Shown one piece after another: positions 8,763 through 19,564 of a stretch of DNA of 64,000 bases. The stretch spans positions 1 through 64,000 of the forward strand of contig CBDCWG010000001.1 in assembly GCA_965223345.1 (NCBI GenBank). Direction: 5' to 3'. A program made the translations under genes and the position numbers. The stretch is from Nitrospinales bacterium (GTDB lineage: Bacteria > Nitrospinota > Nitrospinia > Nitrospinales > VA-1). The notes beneath the pieces are model-generated. The model was not told where the DNA came from and ran no database searches. It saw only the letters and a program-made list of their open reading frames with translations. How positions within the stretch are numbered: position 1 is the stretch's first letter; each line of letters starts with the position of its first letter.

Positions 8763-9857
8763 TCATTCTTCGAGAATCGCCCGCATTTTCTGCAAAAACA
8801 CTTCCCGGTCGAACAGCCGCGCTCTTTCTTCGCACGCGGCGCGCATCGAATGCGCGCGCTCTGCCGTCATCTCTGAAACCGCGTTCGCGATGGCTTGCGG
8901 ATCCGGGTCCGCAGGCAGGAAGGTCCCGGTTTTCCCGGGCAGCACGGTTTCCAGCAGGCCCCCTTCCGCCACACCGATCACCGGTTTGCCGGCAGCCATC
9001 GACTCCACCGGCGACAGGCCGAAATCCTCTTCTTTGGGAATGTAGAGCGTGGCGATGGCGTTTCCCATCCAGTTCAGCCACTCCGCCTCGTTAACCGATC
9101 CTGTGAAAACGATGTTTTTGGCTTGCGCGGCCAAGGAGCGAAGCTGCGCCGCTTGCGGGCCGGTGGAGGCGACGACCAGCCGCTTGTCCGGCATTTTGAG
9201 GAATGCCTTGACGATGCGGTCCACGCGTTTCAATGGATCCAGCCGGGCGGTGGAGAGATAGTAGTCCCCCTGGCCCTGCCAGGCGAAGCGCTGCGTGTCG
9301 CAGGGCGGGTGAACGATGCGGGAAGGCAGGCTGAGATAATGTTGAATCCGTTTCTGCACGTTTTGGGAATTGGCCACCATCACATCCATCCGGCGCAACG
9401 CGGCTTCGTAAATCGGCTGAAACAAAAAATTATACGCGCCGTGCGCGCATCGCTTGGCCGGAGATAATGTGAGCAGGCGGTATTCTTTAAGATCGTAGAG
9501 GGAGCGGGGCGGCGTGTGGCAATAATAGATGTTCTTCCCCTTGCGGTGCTGGAACACCGCAAGGGGCGCATTCTGACCGCTGTAGATCACGGCGTCGTAC
9601 TGTTTGAGGAATCGGGTTTTTATGCCGAAAGCGTGGAAGCGTTTGAGCGTTCTCCATACCGGCACGCGCGAGCCTGCATCGAGATCGATGCGGTTTCCCT
9701 TCAGGCCCGAAAGATCGAAGCTGTCGCGGTGGTGCTCGCCGAACGCCAGATCGCTGCCCAGGCCTTCACAGAGCGCGACCGCAACCCGCTCGCCGCCTCC
9801 CTTGAACGCGAAGGCGTCGTGCACTACCAGAGCGTTAAAACGATTCTCCGTTTGCAT
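8763..9857 (-). CDS. GT4 glycosyltransferase (WbaZ-like mannosyltransferase type)
   Basis: GGGERV, YYCHTPPR, RLDPLKRVD and EDFGLSPVESMAAGKPVI motifs; GGAG RBS before ATG 9857. Confidence 0.9.
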   Translation of the reverse strand: MQTENRFNALVVHDAFAFKGGGERVAVALCEGLGSDLAFGEHHRDSFDLSGLKGNRIDLDAGSRVPVWRTLKRFHAFGIKTRFLKQYDAVIYSGQNAPLAVFQHRKGKNIYYCHTPPRSLYDLKEYRLLTLSPAKRCAHGAYNFLFQPIYEAALRRMDVMVANSQNVQKRIQHYLSLPSRIVHPPCDTQRFAWQGQGDYYLSTARLDPLKRVDRIVKAFLKMPDKRLVVASTGPQAAQLRSLAAQAKNIVFTGSVNEAEWLNWMGNAIATLYIPKEEDFGLSPVESMAAGKPVIGVAEGGLLETVLPGKTGTFLPADPDPQAIANAVSEMTAERAHSMRAACEERARLFDREVFLQKMRAILEE

Positions 9858-11049
9858 GCCGTTTTCTCCAGGAGCGAAGCCTCGCCGCAATGATGATCAA
9901 CAGCACCGCTTCCGTCAGCAGCGTGCTTGCCACCGCCCCCTTGGCGCCGTGCAGGGGGATGAGGAAAAAATTGAGGATGACGTTCAAAAGCGCGGCCAGG
10001 ACCGCTGCCAGGGCGTAAAACCGGTCCTGTTCGATGGCCAGCGCCGCTTGCGTCAATATCAGGTTGGGAACCATGAACAACAGGGAAAACAGCAGCCAGT
10101 GCAATAGATCGACGCCTTCCCGGTAAAGTGTTCCGAAGCAGAGTGTGAAAAAAGGACCGCCCAGGAGCAGCCCCCCCAGTACCAGCAGAGCCGCCGTCAG
10201 TACGGCGGTGCGGATCAATCTGCGGAGCAGAATGAAAAACTCGGCAGGGTGCTGCGCCGCCAGCCTGAGATCGCGAAAATAAACATTGGCCAGCGGGAAC
10301 AGGATAAAGAGAACGCCTTCCAGCAGGCGCGAGGCGGCGGCGTAATGACCGACCGGGTTCAGGTCGTCCAGCAGATGCCGGAGCATGACGATGTCGATTT
10401 TAAAGTAAATCAATGTGGCGATGTCGATGATCAGCAACGCGGCGACGGATCGGTAGACCTGGATATTGGGTTTCGCGAAGCGGATGCGTTTGAGCGGATA
10501 ATGGGATTGCCAGCAGAGGCACACGAGGTACCCGCTGATCCAGCCCGCAAAAACCCAATGCGGTTGCGCAGAAAACATAAACAGAAAGCAGAGAATCCCC
10601 AGGATCGATCCCGTACGGTAAAGCGACCGCCAAAGCGCTTCCGCACCGAACCGGCCTTCTCCTTTCAAGTGTCCGGAGATCAAATTGCCGAGAGTCCCAA
10701 AACCGAAAGCCAAAACCGAAAGCGTCAGCGACACTTTGTCCTGCATCGGCGCGAAAGCGACGAGCGCCAGCCCGGTGAGGGTCAGCAACATCAGATGCCC
10801 TGTGGCCATGTCGAACAGGGTCTGCTTGGGGACCGGCTGTGAGGGTTGCGTTCCCTCGCGAAACAAAAGAATGCGGAACCCTCCATCCTGCAGGATGGCC
10901 CAGAGCGAGGCCACCGTGACGATGTAGCTGTACCTGCCGAACGTTTCCGGACCGAACTGCCGTGCGAGAAAAAGGGTGAGAAGCAGCGAGGTACCGGCAA
11001 CGTAGACTGTAGCGAGTCCCTGAGATCCCAGAGACGCGGAGGTTTTCAT
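9835..11049 (-). CDS. Wzx-type oligosaccharide flippase
   Basis: Multi-TM; LARQFGPETFGRY, KIDIVML, VGHYAAA.RL, LIPLHGAKGA motifs; ATGA coupling with the upstream gene. Confidence 0.88.
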   Translation of the reverse strand: MKTSASLGSQGLATVYVAGTSLLLTLFLARQFGPETFGRYSYIVTVASLWAILQDGGFRILLFREGTQPSQPVPKQTLFDMATGHLMLLTLTGLALVAFAPMQDKVSLTLSVLAFGFGTLGNLISGHLKGEGRFGAEALWRSLYRTGSILGILCFLFMFSAQPHWVFAGWISGYLVCLCWQSHYPLKRIRFAKPNIQVYRSVAALLIIDIATLIYFKIDIVMLRHLLDDLNPVGHYAAASRLLEGVLFILFPLANVYFRDLRLAAQHPAEFFILLRRLIRTAVLTAALLVLGGLLLGGPFFTLCFGTLYREGVDLLHWLLFSLLFMVPNLILTQAALAIEQDRFYALAAVLAALLNVILNFFLIPLHGAKGAVASTLLTEAVLLIIIAARLRSWRKRHANGESF

Positions 11050-12293
11050 TGCGGGGCGAGGGCGGCGGGACGCCGGGAGAGCAGGAACCAGAAAAGGGTT
11101 CCGGTCAGGATGGCGGCGATGGAAACCAAAACGTTGCGGGCGATGACCAACGCGGATTCGTGATGCAGGGCGATGAGCAAAAGCATCAGACCCACGCCGC
11201 CGACCAGAGGCCAGAGATATTTGAATTCCGAGCGTGCCATGCAGTAGGTGAAGATGACGTTGGCGACCGCCAGCAGGCCCATGGCGAAGCTGATGGTTTG
11301 CAGCATCGCCGCCGCGGCCAGGTATTTTTCCCCGAACAGGAGTCCGATGATGAATTCGGGCCACAGGCCGCATGCCAGTGCGAACCCGCCACCCAGAACG
11401 GCGGTCAGGCCCATGCTGAACCAGAGAATGCGCGGGTCCTCCTTCCCGGTGTCCTGGGCCTGGGCTGCCGCCGGAAACAGAACCGTGATGAGGACGCCCG
11501 GCAGGTACAGCGCGATCCGGCCCAGAATCGCGGCGATCGAATACAGGCCTGATTCCTCGGGCGTGCAGTAGTGGCGCACCAGGACGATGTCGAGATTTCC
11601 CAGCGTCATGACCATCGTCGTGGATAGAAACACCGGAACGGAATAGCGCCGCATCTCCGGAAAAAGCCGATCGGGCAGCGGATGCGCTTCGTGTTTGAAA
11701 ACTTCCCTGAGAGACCAGCACAGGATGAAAAGGGCGACCAACACGCCCAGCACGCCGGACAACAGCGCGCCCTGCACGCCCCATCCGAGAAAGTACACCA
11801 TCGCGAAACCACCCAGACACCGGAACAGCGGCACGCTGCTGGCGCCCAGCCCGAAGGCCACAAAGCGTTGCAGACCTTGAATCACGCCCAACAGAACCGG
11901 AAACAGCAAAGACAGAGTGAGCTGGATCAACATGATGACGATCGGCAAGGCGGCGTCCATGTGCAGGTACTGCTTCAGCCAGGGCAGGGCGGCAAGACCC
12001 GTGACAAAAAGGGCTCCGCCCACGAGCACCATCGTGCGGAAACCTTTGACCAGCAGGTTTTTGACCTGCCCCATGTCTTTGAGAGCTAGCTGGATCGTGT
12101 AGCGGGAAAATAAAAGCGGCAACACGGCGGCCGGCGCAGAAAGCACCACCGCCAGCGAGTTCAAGGCATTGAAGCTGCCGTAGTCCGCGGGGCTCAAGGA
12201 CCGCCCCACGGTCAGTTGAAACAGGTAATTGAAAATATTGCTGGAATTGAGAAGAACGAGGATGAGAAGATTGTTCTTTAAAAACCTACGCAC
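11046..12293 (-). CDS. Second Wzx-type oligosaccharide flippase
   Basis: Multi-TM; NYLFQ..GRSLSPADYG, NLDIVLVRHY, GLYS motifs; GTG start. Confidence 0.85.
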   Translation of the reverse strand: MRRFLKNNLLILVLLNSSNIFNYLFQLTVGRSLSPADYGSFNALNSLAVVLSAPAAVLPLLFSRYTIQLALKDMGQVKNLLVKGFRTMVLVGGALFVTGLAALPWLKQYLHMDAALPIVIMLIQLTLSLLFPVLLGVIQGLQRFVAFGLGASSVPLFRCLGGFAMVYFLGWGVQGALLSGVLGVLVALFILCWSLREVFKHEAHPLPDRLFPEMRRYSVPVFLSTTMVMTLGNLDIVLVRHYCTPEESGLYSIAAILGRIALYLPGVLITVLFPAAAQAQDTGKEDPRILWFSMGLTAVLGGGFALACGLWPEFIIGLLFGEKYLAAAAMLQTISFAMGLLAVANVIFTYCMARSEFKYLWPLVGGVGLMLLLIALHHESALVIARNVLVSIAAILTGTLFWFLLSRRPAALAPQ

Positions 12294-15200
12294 GCGGACC
12301 CTCGTTGACGGACACTCCTCTGGATTTTTTCATGGCACGGTTTCGATTTCTTTTGATGAGTTCGCGGGCTTCGAGGAAGACACCAGCGATCAGCATTCCA
12401 TAAGCGACGGCCGCAGTCAGCTCCGCTATCTCGATTTGATTGAAGGTGAGAAAAAAGCCTGAAAGAACGATGAACAGAATGAAGCCAGTGATGAATTGTG
12501 TTCCTGCTCCTTCATATAATTTTGCCGCCAGAGTGGGCCATCGATCTTCCAAATACGGCCGCCGGGTTCGAATCGCGAGTAGGAAGGCCGCAAATAAAGC
12601 AATATAAAAAAAGAGAACTGTCACAACTATGTTTTTTAGGGCGAATCCTGTAAGCCCAACAATCAGAGAAACTGTGATTACCCATTTCCAGGGTTTTACT
12701 GAATTGATAGAAGAAGATGAAAAGAAATCCCAGAAATTATCCCACAATCGGACTACAAAGGGTTTTTGTATTACCCAACAAATAATCACAAATATCAGAT
12801 AGGCGGCCATGACTTTAATTAGTATGGAAAGAATCCTTGAAGAAAACGAGTCTGCTTTTTGGGTTTCCTGTGTTCCAGGACGGACGCCTAAAGCGGCAAA
12901 GGAAAAGGGTTGGGATTTCTCAAAGAAGATCCCGGTGGTTTGAAGAAAAGGGTGATCCAGAAATTCGACAGGAACATCTCTTTGAAGGTCTTCTTCTAGC
13001 GTGAGAGTTCCTAAATCAATAAAAGCTCCGCCCTTCAAAAATTCCTCAGTTGAAACTTTATTCAAAGAACGGGGGAAAATATATTTTCGGCCTAATCTCA
13101 TAAGAGGGTGATTGTTGAAATCGAATCGGAGCGGTCTCACGTCCACTCCTTGAAGCCACATTTTTAAATTGACTTCATCCCGGAACGGTGAATCTGAATC
13201 CCTAAAAGCATTGGACAATACTTGCCAGCGAATATTTTCGATAATATCTTCTGGTTGAAGTTTTGTATTTTCGAATAACTCCTTTCTAGAGACAACAATT
13301 TCACCCGAATGCCCTTTAAGACAAAGGGTTTTCTCGAAGTTGCGTTTGGCCTCTTGGAACCACAACTTCAGCCAGCAAGACATGCGATCCTCCGGCAAGG
13401 AGGATGGGAAGTCATATTTGAGTTTCAAGCCTCGAATCCATTCTACTTTGCGGTTTATTTCCAAAGATCCAGATAGCTGCTGATAATTTGCAGTTCCTTG
13501 AAAAAGAGCCTCTCTGCTTTGAAATAAGTTTGTTCCGGAAGGTACAAAAAATATTTGCTGCTTAGTAAGGAAGGGATAATCCAAGGCGTTCATTTTATCT
13601 ATGGACATTGGTTCGAACAGTGTCATTTCCTTCAGTGCTATTTTGAAAGAACCGTTTCGAATATGGATTCGGATCTTCAACTTGTCAATAAATTTAGGAC
13701 CGTCCAAGAATTGCACGGACCGATTGACAGGAAAATCAACGGAGGAAAGTTTTTTCCCATTAGCAACGGGTGTCAATTTTAATGAGGTGATATGCGAGTG
13801 CTCGCCACCAGGAATATTTAAGTAAAACCTGGTGTCGCGGTTTATTTTTGTTTTCAGTGGCCAGACGATTTCGATCCAGTTCTCATTTTCTTTTGCCGTT
13901 CTGATACCCTCGAGGACCAACCGGTCCGATTCTATTTTGATGCGGGGCAGTGGGAAGCCAGCGGTGAAAGTCAAATTGCCGATATTTTTGGAGGTGGTCT
14001 GGTCTCGTAATATAGAACTGGGTTTATCCGATTCGTTATTTCTCTTTTGATCGTTGGGGGGTGATTTGCTCTTTATTCGCTTGTTTTTGGTGCCTAGAGC
14101 TGACCCAAAAGGACGATAAGCCAAAATTTTAATCCATTCTATGGTTTTACTAGGGTCTGTTAGATCCAGAAAGGGGCCGCCCCACCGATGACTCAATTCC
14201 TGAATGGTTTCTATATAAGCGGGGGTTTTGGTCCCCACAAGTGTTGCTAACTGGGCACTTTGTATTTCCAGTCCCGAAGCTGAATAAATAGACTTAGGAA
14301 ACACTCTCAACTTCAAGCTAGTCAGGTTTGCATTCCAATCGACCCTTTCCATCAACGCCCGGAGATCGACAGTCAGCCGTTTCTTTTGCAATGATAGTGT
14401 TTTTATTTGAGAAGGCAGAATCAGATTAAAGGGTTTGCGGGGTTTCGATGCTTTGAAAAAGGAGATTTTTTTTAAAAAATCGCCGGTAATGATTTCAGTT
14501 CGTGAATTTGGAAAAAAAACCACGATTTCTTTTAAAAATACCTTCTTTTCCCAAAAGTATCTGTTGTTAAGCAGTTCATGGATATTGATTTTTAGAATTT
14601 TCTGATTGGGCAATTCCATAATGGGTAGGACGGGAAGTTCTTCCCACATCAGGACGGATTGGGGGCGAAACCGCTCCCCGAAACCGACACGCAGGGTCAC
14701 CATAATATCTTCAATTTCCGTTTTATTGGAAAAGTGGAGTTGAAGTTCTTCCATGTTTTTCATATTCAAGTTAAATCTTCTTTGAAGCACCGTTTTGCTG
14801 ACGCTTGATGAATACCTCCATTTCAAATCGTGAGGCAGGTCCGCTTTTCGTTTTGCTAAATAAACCCAATCTTTCTTCTTTAAATCTTCCGGATATATTT
14901 CCTGACTTATCGCCAGAACAGGATTCTGGTACCAACTGCCGGCAAACAAGGTTTTGCCTGAAGCCTTAGACCTATAACCCACTTCCAATGACATTAGGCT
15001 GGGATTGTCTGGGAAAAAATCCATATAATCTACTTGAAGGTGACTAAAATGAGTCAGAGGGTTGGTGATGTCGAAGGAAGGAGGGCGGATAGAAACTGTC
15101 AATTCATCATCGGGAATTCCAGGTTCCCATCGATACGCCTTTTCAGACATGGACCATCCAGGGGAATTCGGAAGGTGTTGAGGGTATGCAGAGTCCTCTA

Positions 15201-15444
15201 TATCCAGATTCAAACTGTCGAAAACTACGAGCGATTTCTTAGTTTTCAAAGACAGATGGGCTTTAAGGGAATACGTTCCTTTCTCAAGTTTTAAGCTGGT
15301 ATCATCCGGACGAAGGATCTGTGTACTTTCAATTGATTCCGGAAGTGGGTAAAGGCCGATGGTCAGAGCCTCTTCCTTTCCAGAGGCGTTTCTCAGTGAA
15401 AATGAAGTGCTTATTATGAGTACAGCAATTAAAAACTGCTTCAT
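12286..15444 (-). CDS. Large hypothetical membrane protein (1052 aa): N-terminal signal, large extracytoplasmic region, C-terminal TM bundle
   Basis: Long uninterrupted ORF in AT-rich DNA; hydrophobic N-terminus and about 5 C-terminal TM segments; no recognised domain. Confidence 0.8.
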   Translation of the reverse strand: MKQFLIAVLIISTSFSLRNASGKEEALTIGLYPLPESIESTQILRPDDTSLKLEKGTYSLKAHLSLKTKKSLVVFDSLNLDIEDSAYPQHLPNSPGWSMSEKAYRWEPGIPDDELTVSIRPPSFDITNPLTHFSHLQVDYMDFFPDNPSLMSLEVGYRSKASGKTLFAGSWYQNPVLAISQEIYPEDLKKKDWVYLAKRKADLPHDLKWRYSSSVSKTVLQRRFNLNMKNMEELQLHFSNKTEIEDIMVTLRVGFGERFRPQSVLMWEELPVLPIMELPNQKILKINIHELLNNRYFWEKKVFLKEIVVFFPNSRTEIITGDFLKKISFFKASKPRKPFNLILPSQIKTLSLQKKRLTVDLRALMERVDWNANLTSLKLRVFPKSIYSASGLEIQSAQLATLVGTKTPAYIETIQELSHRWGGPFLDLTDPSKTIEWIKILAYRPFGSALGTKNKRIKSKSPPNDQKRNNESDKPSSILRDQTTSKNIGNLTFTAGFPLPRIKIESDRLVLEGIRTAKENENWIEIVWPLKTKINRDTRFYLNIPGGEHSHITSLKLTPVANGKKLSSVDFPVNRSVQFLDGPKFIDKLKIRIHIRNGSFKIALKEMTLFEPMSIDKMNALDYPFLTKQQIFFVPSGTNLFQSREALFQGTANYQQLSGSLEINRKVEWIRGLKLKYDFPSSLPEDRMSCWLKLWFQEAKRNFEKTLCLKGHSGEIVVSRKELFENTKLQPEDIIENIRWQVLSNAFRDSDSPFRDEVNLKMWLQGVDVRPLRFDFNNHPLMRLGRKYIFPRSLNKVSTEEFLKGGAFIDLGTLTLEEDLQRDVPVEFLDHPFLQTTGIFFEKSQPFSFAALGVRPGTQETQKADSFSSRILSILIKVMAAYLIFVIICWVIQKPFVVRLWDNFWDFFSSSSINSVKPWKWVITVSLIVGLTGFALKNIVVTVLFFYIALFAAFLLAIRTRRPYLEDRWPTLAAKLYEGAGTQFITGFILFIVLSGFFLTFNQIEIAELTAAVAYGMLIAGVFLEARELIKRNRNRAMKKSRGVSVNEGPRA

Positions 15445-15482
15445 GCGAAAAACTTTTCGTTAAAAAATGGTCGTGGCAAAAT

Positions 15483-17159
15483 TTATGTATGGGCGTCAAA
15501 AAAAGTGACTTGTTGAGTCTCTGAAGTCCGCTTCTCTAGGTGGCCGTTGATATCGTTGCCGGGTATTCGTTTAAATATCATAAACCCGTCCTTTTCGAAA
15601 AGCATTTTAAAAGACTGACGGACACGATCTACAAGTCCGAGAAAATTTTTAGAAAACTCCAGGTTTTTACATTTCCCATCAATGAGAAGACATCCTCTAT
15701 CCACGATGTACCAGGGGCGCTTGAGGTCTAGGACAATAAATTCTGCCTTGAAGCCCTTAGCCTTGGAGTAGGTTTTGCCTCCCGTTTTAATAAACCTCCA
15801 AAAACTGTTGAGCGATCCTTCAGACCATTCGGGATGGTGGCTGGGTTCAAAGACTGATTTGGGAAAACCAACGTATAGCTTCCTGTGAGCCAGGTGGCCC
15901 CAGTTTAAAGAATTTTGAGTGGCAACGATCACTTTGGGGTTATTGGGAATATGCTCTTTAATGGCTTCTTTAATCCATTGGTCCCGATCAGAAGAAAAAT
16001 AAGCGCTGTGATGGTAGGGAAATCCGGGGGTTCCCCAAAATCTGGTGGATAAAGGAGAAGGAGAATAGATTATATGAGCCCCGAGCAGTACCGTGATCAA
16101 TGCGGTGTAAAACCACCGCTTCGGAATACGGGTTGCCTCAATAAGTGGAGTGACCGTTTCTTTTCCTTTGAGAAATGAAAAGATTGCTGGAGCGATGAGA
16201 CCGGCGGTGTAGTGGTGTTCGATGTTGTCGTAGCTTCCGTCTGCAAGCAGGGATATGGCAAGGAGTGGCAATGCGGGAATCAAATATACCGGGCGAAGGA
16301 AAGATAAAAATCCCAAAGAGCCAAAGATAATGAGGAGATAGTCTATTTTCCCTTTATCTTCATAAATATGTTGTAACACCATGAAGGGGCGAGTGGTCAG
16401 AGTGATGATGATTTCAGAAAGACTGTCTCCCAGCCAGGCGAATTGAGGAGATCCGATGCCAGGCCCTATGTTGTCCATGCTGAAATATGGAAGCAAATAT
16501 TTTGTTGCCAGGATGAAATACACAAAACCCCAGATCATTAAAAAAAGGCCAGGAATGTATTTTCTGCAATGTATCACTAAAAAAATCCCGCAGGCGGCAG
16601 TTTGTAGAGCAAAAGGCTCTTTAATCAGGGTAAGTAGCAGAGCAGGAAAAGTAGCTAACAAGTAGCGTTTATCCTCTATCAAGAAAAAGAAGGCAAAAAG
16701 CAGTGGGACCGCGATGTGATCCACATGAAAATCAAAAAGGCCGTTGAACCAGATAGGAAAATAAAGTGAAAATGCCACCACTCCCAGGAATCCATATCTC
16801 GGTGCCAGGAACCATGCCGGTAGCGTGAGTAGCAGAGCCTGCATAGAAAGTAGAAAAATGGGAGACCAGTCTAACGGGAGGATTTTGTAAAAAAATGCCC
16901 AAATATATAGAACTGGTTGTGCGTGTCCATGAAACGCTCCCTGCCAGATATTCAAGTTGGAAATTTGAAACAGATTCGACTGGAAAGTTCCCATGTCATA
17001 AACTGTTGAATGAAGAGAACGATATTTTGTGATCGACAAAACTGCTAATGTGAACGTCACAAAAATCGCAACCAGCCTGGAGGGATATTTTAGATTCCAT
17101 GCAAATAAGGGGAGGATTACTGAACGGATGGATTCTGCCGCTTCCTTATTTAATGACAT
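15483..17159 (-). CDS. DUF2079-family membrane protein (GT-C-like)
   Basis: YDMGTF.S, H..P.L, FDFH, LIKE and HY motifs in a multi-TM protein with a soluble C-terminal domain. Confidence 0.78.
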   Translation of the reverse strand: MSLNKEAAESIRSVILPLFAWNLKYPSRLVAIFVTFTLAVLSITKYRSLHSTVYDMGTFQSNLFQISNLNIWQGAFHGHAQPVLYIWAFFYKILPLDWSPIFLLSMQALLLTLPAWFLAPRYGFLGVVAFSLYFPIWFNGLFDFHVDHIAVPLLFAFFFLIEDKRYLLATFPALLLTLIKEPFALQTAACGIFLVIHCRKYIPGLFLMIWGFVYFILATKYLLPYFSMDNIGPGIGSPQFAWLGDSLSEIIITLTTRPFMVLQHIYEDKGKIDYLLIIFGSLGFLSFLRPVYLIPALPLLAISLLADGSYDNIEHHYTAGLIAPAIFSFLKGKETVTPLIEATRIPKRWFYTALITVLLGAHIIYSPSPLSTRFWGTPGFPYHHSAYFSSDRDQWIKEAIKEHIPNNPKVIVATQNSLNWGHLAHRKLYVGFPKSVFEPSHHPEWSEGSLNSFWRFIKTGGKTYSKAKGFKAEFIVLDLKRPWYIVDRGCLLIDGKCKNLEFSKNFLGLVDRVRQSFKMLFEKDGFMIFKRIPGNDINGHLEKRTSETQQVTFFDAHT

Positions 17160-17719
17160 TGAAATACTTGAGGGAGAAGGAGAATTGCATTGAGACTATT
17201 CTTATATAGAAGTTAAAAAGTTCCTTCAGTCACAGTAAATTGCGGTGCCTTTGGGGTGATATTGCGATCCTAAACATATGATTTTATAAATCTTAATGTG
17301 AGGATAATATTTTCAGAAAAACAGACGAAACGATTATAAGGATCAAGAGAGTTTGAGTTCGCTTTCGGGACTGCCAATAGACTGAGGGTTATTTCCGGAA
17401 GATAAGCTTGTGGAAAAATATATGTAAGTAATCAATGAATTCCAAATTATTCTTAAGCAATGCCTAAGGGTTGCTAGTAGCAGATTAGAATGACACGTAT
17501 TTTTACGTCAGGCCGGTGCTGTAACTATCTTCCAAGTGTAAAACTATTTCCACGGATGAAGAGGTCTATTATATGACCAGCTAGAGAAAAGTGTTTACAG
17601 GAGTAGGCTCAATAAGTAGAAAGAGTCAGGGATAAAAAATATCAGCAAACTCGTTCTTTAAAATACCTGCGAGCGCTAAATAATAAAATAAACAAAGAAA
17701 ATAAATTTCTAATGTTCAC

Positions 17720-19564
17720 TTATTGTTTTTTCACAATCTCATAAATAATGAAGTGTTCATTTTCCGAAAGCAGTTTTAAAAAATCCAAACTTTTTAAGAA
17801 ACGAGTTGCAGTTTGATACTGCTCTCTGGATCTGTAGTTCACCGAAGGAAGTCCATCTTTATGTATAAAAATAAATTCGTAATTGTATTGAATAAGGGTG
17901 GCGTGTAATTTTTCACCCTGGCTTGTTTCAATGTAGTTTTGAATTCGTTTGACTGTGGGGGTTTGGTGCGCTGAGATACCTCCAATTCTTAAAGGGGTTA
18001 TGGCGGAAAGGATTTCAGGCATCACCGCAACCGGGTACCAGGAATAACGCATGTAGCCAGTTTCTAAAAAAGGAAATACAAGAATCCTTGCTTTGTTTCG
18101 GTCTCCTAACAGACTTTCCACCTGCCAATATTCATCCGGGATTTTGAAAAATGGCAGGTGGTTTCCCATTGCCTGATTGGTTGGGGTGCCATTCACAAAA
18201 ACAGGACGATTTTTGGGGACCCAATCAAAGATATACGCACCGTTATTTATAACCAGAATGAAGCCAAAAATAACAGGACAGCAATAAGTCGCACTGAGTC
18301 TGGAATATTCTGGTTTTCGGCATAAAAAATTCCAAGATTTGGAGATTGAAAAAGCCAATAAAACCGACAGCGGAAGAGAGGCTGCTCCCTGAATGTAATG
18401 CGGATTGTTCAATATCCAAAAGCCTGGGATGTTGTTATAAAGCCAACGATAAAAAGTAGTGCCGAAGCAGATTGAAAGACTCGTTGTCAAAATAAAAAGG
18501 ATTCCCATAGCTAGCGAACTTTTATTTTTTCTTCCAACTATAATGCCTACCCCGAGCAATAGAGGGATCAAAAACGAGATCAAATTTAATATCGGGTTTG
18601 AAAAATATAATGCATGAATTGAAATATTTTGAACAAACAACCTGAGCGTATATACAGATTTTGTTTTCTCAGAATATACATCAACGGTATCAATTCGGGA
18701 ATTGTATAGTTCCTCTGAGGGTAAAAACTCTGAAGACGAATGATTTAATAGAAAGGAAAAAGTGGGGAGAATAGTGTATGCATTCAACCCTACAGTTATT
18801 ATGAAAATAAGACCTGTTGCCTTGAGGAAATCTAGAATTTTTAGAGTTTGGTGGGTTCTCCAGTTTAAAATAATCCAGATAAAGACATAAGCGGGCGCAA
18901 AAAATAAAACAAGATAAGCATATCTTGGCATCGAAGTCATACAAAGGCAAGCAACCCCAAAAATTAAAAGATGATAGACTTTTCGTGTGTCCAAGTACCG
19001 TTGAATGCTCGCGAATGCCAGAACAAATCCCGCCAATGCTAAAGTTGGGCGAGGAGCGATCACGGACTGTGGTGGTGCTGTGACTAGGAAAATTGAGCAT
19101 AAAACAGCAGTGCCGTTTTTAAAACGTCCTTTTATAAAGGATAAAATGAAATAATACGAAGAAATCAGAAAAAACCAAATTGGTATCAAGAAAAATAAAC
19201 GATTGATTGCCCATAGAGGTATTCCAATGAGCTGCAATTTTACAAGCAACCAATAGTAAAGAATGATGATTCCCGAATGGTACCCTTCCGAGGACCCCAA
19301 AGCGTCATTACTACTTTCATGCCAGATGTAAAAATAGTCGGCCAGAAATTTTTCGGGGCGAAACGGGAAAATTGAATCTCCGAGGTTCATATAAGTTTTG
19401 GGCTGGAAATAATCGGGAGTCCACCAAAGAGTCACTCCAAAAGCCAGAAGTATGATAATTGAGAGCACATTTGATGAAATATTTTCAGTTTTTAAGCCCA
19501 TAGCCCAATTTTTACTAGTTGGGCTTTTTAAAAGGATTGCTTCACGGCCGATCCGATTCATCAA
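17720..19564 (-). CDS. Multi-TM GT-C-like membrane protein (AftD/DUF3367/YfhO-like); start may be 19561 or 19501
   Basis: GD..FP after TM1, W....LGS, IPGFWILNNP, IPDEY, RILVFP, IFIHKD motifs. Confidence 0.7.
   Translation of the reverse strand: MMNRIGREAILLKSPTSKNWAMGLKTENISSNVLSIIILLAFGVTLWWTPDYFQPKTYMNLGDSIFPFRPEKFLADYFYIWHESSNDALGSSEGYHSGIIILYYWLLVKLQLIGIPLWAINRLFFLIPIWFFLISSYYFILSFIKGRFKNGTAVLCSIFLVTAPPQSVIAPRPTLALAGFVLAFASIQRYLDTRKVYHLLIFGVACLCMTSMPRYAYLVLFFAPAYVFIWIILNWRTHQTLKILDFLKATGLIFIITVGLNAYTILPTFSFLLNHSSSEFLPSEELYNSRIDTVDVYSEKTKSVYTLRLFVQNISIHALYFSNPILNLISFLIPLLLGVGIIVGRKNKSSLAMGILFILTTSLSICFGTTFYRWLYNNIPGFWILNNPHYIQGAASLPLSVLLAFSISKSWNFLCRKPEYSRLSATYCCPVIFGFILVINNGAYIFDWVPKNRPVFVNGTPTNQAMGNHLPFFKIPDEYWQVESLLGDRNKARILVFPFLETGYMRYSWYPVAVMPEILSAITPLRIGGISAHQTPTVKRIQNYIETSQGEKLHATLIQYNYEFIFIHKDGLPSVNYRSREQYQTATRFLKSLDFLKLLSENEHFIIYEIVKKQ

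Noticed and set aside
17409..17417. Single DnaA-box-like TGTGGAAAA
   Set aside because: Isolated match in AT-rich DNA, expected by chance
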